From the human T2T-CHM13v2.0 reference genome, Homo sapiens: a DNA stretch of 64,000 nucleotides. Location: the NCBI RefSeq assembly GCF_009914755.1, contig NC_060933.1. The stretch is one strand, 5' to 3'. Of the stretch, positions 63,719 to 64,000 are shown one piece after another. How positions within the stretch are numbered: position 1 is the stretch's first letter; each line of letters starts with the position of its first letter. The translations under genes and the position numbers were made by a program. The notes under the pieces are model-generated. The model was not told the DNA's origin, did no database searches, and worked only from the letters and a program-made list of their open reading frames with translations.

Positions 63719-64000
63719 TTATGAGCTGTACAACCTTGGGCAAGTTAGCAAACCTCTCTGTATCTCTTTTTCCCTCCTCTATAAAATGAAAATGCTAATA
63801 GTGTAAGGATTAACTTAAACGGTACAATAAAGCACAATAATAAATAAACTATCAATATCATTACTAACAAATGTTCTAGTGGGAGCTGCTCTAAGAAACA
63901 ATTGCCTACCTTGGCTGGTCCAAGTAAAAGAAGAAAGCCAAGAGTGGAAGGAAGAGAGGATATCTTAAGAATGGATAGATTTCCTGAGTATCCAAGGAAG

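Overview
Primate (human) genomic DNA, recognised as the RUSC2 / FAM166B (CIMIP2B) locus at 9p13.3; there are no prokaryotic features. Positions 1-41102 are intronic/upstream of the first coding exon of RUSC2 and contain an RPL36A processed pseudogene, a candidate internal promoter and non-coding first exon (~33.3-33.8 kb), and many Alu, L1, L2, MIR, MLT1 and hAT remnants. RUSC2 (+) was spliced by hand into 11 coding exons (41195-56055; 4551 nt = 1516 aa plus stop; RUN and SH3 domains). FAM166B (-) has 6 coding exons (58501-56680; 828 nt = 275 aa plus stop) and converges tail-to-tail on RUSC2. Most ORFs in the supplied track are Alu-derived or shadow ORFs. I find no wholly new gene system. The best leads are: (1) RUSC2 exon 2 is 2106 nt, is flanked by inverted Alus, and if circularised encodes a complete 676-aa ORF ending just past the back-splice junction; (2) a perfect 37-bp inverted templated insertion inside an Alu, copied from about 1 kb away; (3) a 29-bp micro-retroinsertion (22 nt of L1-antisense sequence plus poly-A, with a 14-bp TSD); (4) one (ATTT)n tract that reads as an AU-rich element for RUSC2 and as a poly(A) signal array for FAM166B; (5) overlapping uORFs at the RUSC2 start. 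Repeat boundaries and subfamily calls are by eye and approximate.
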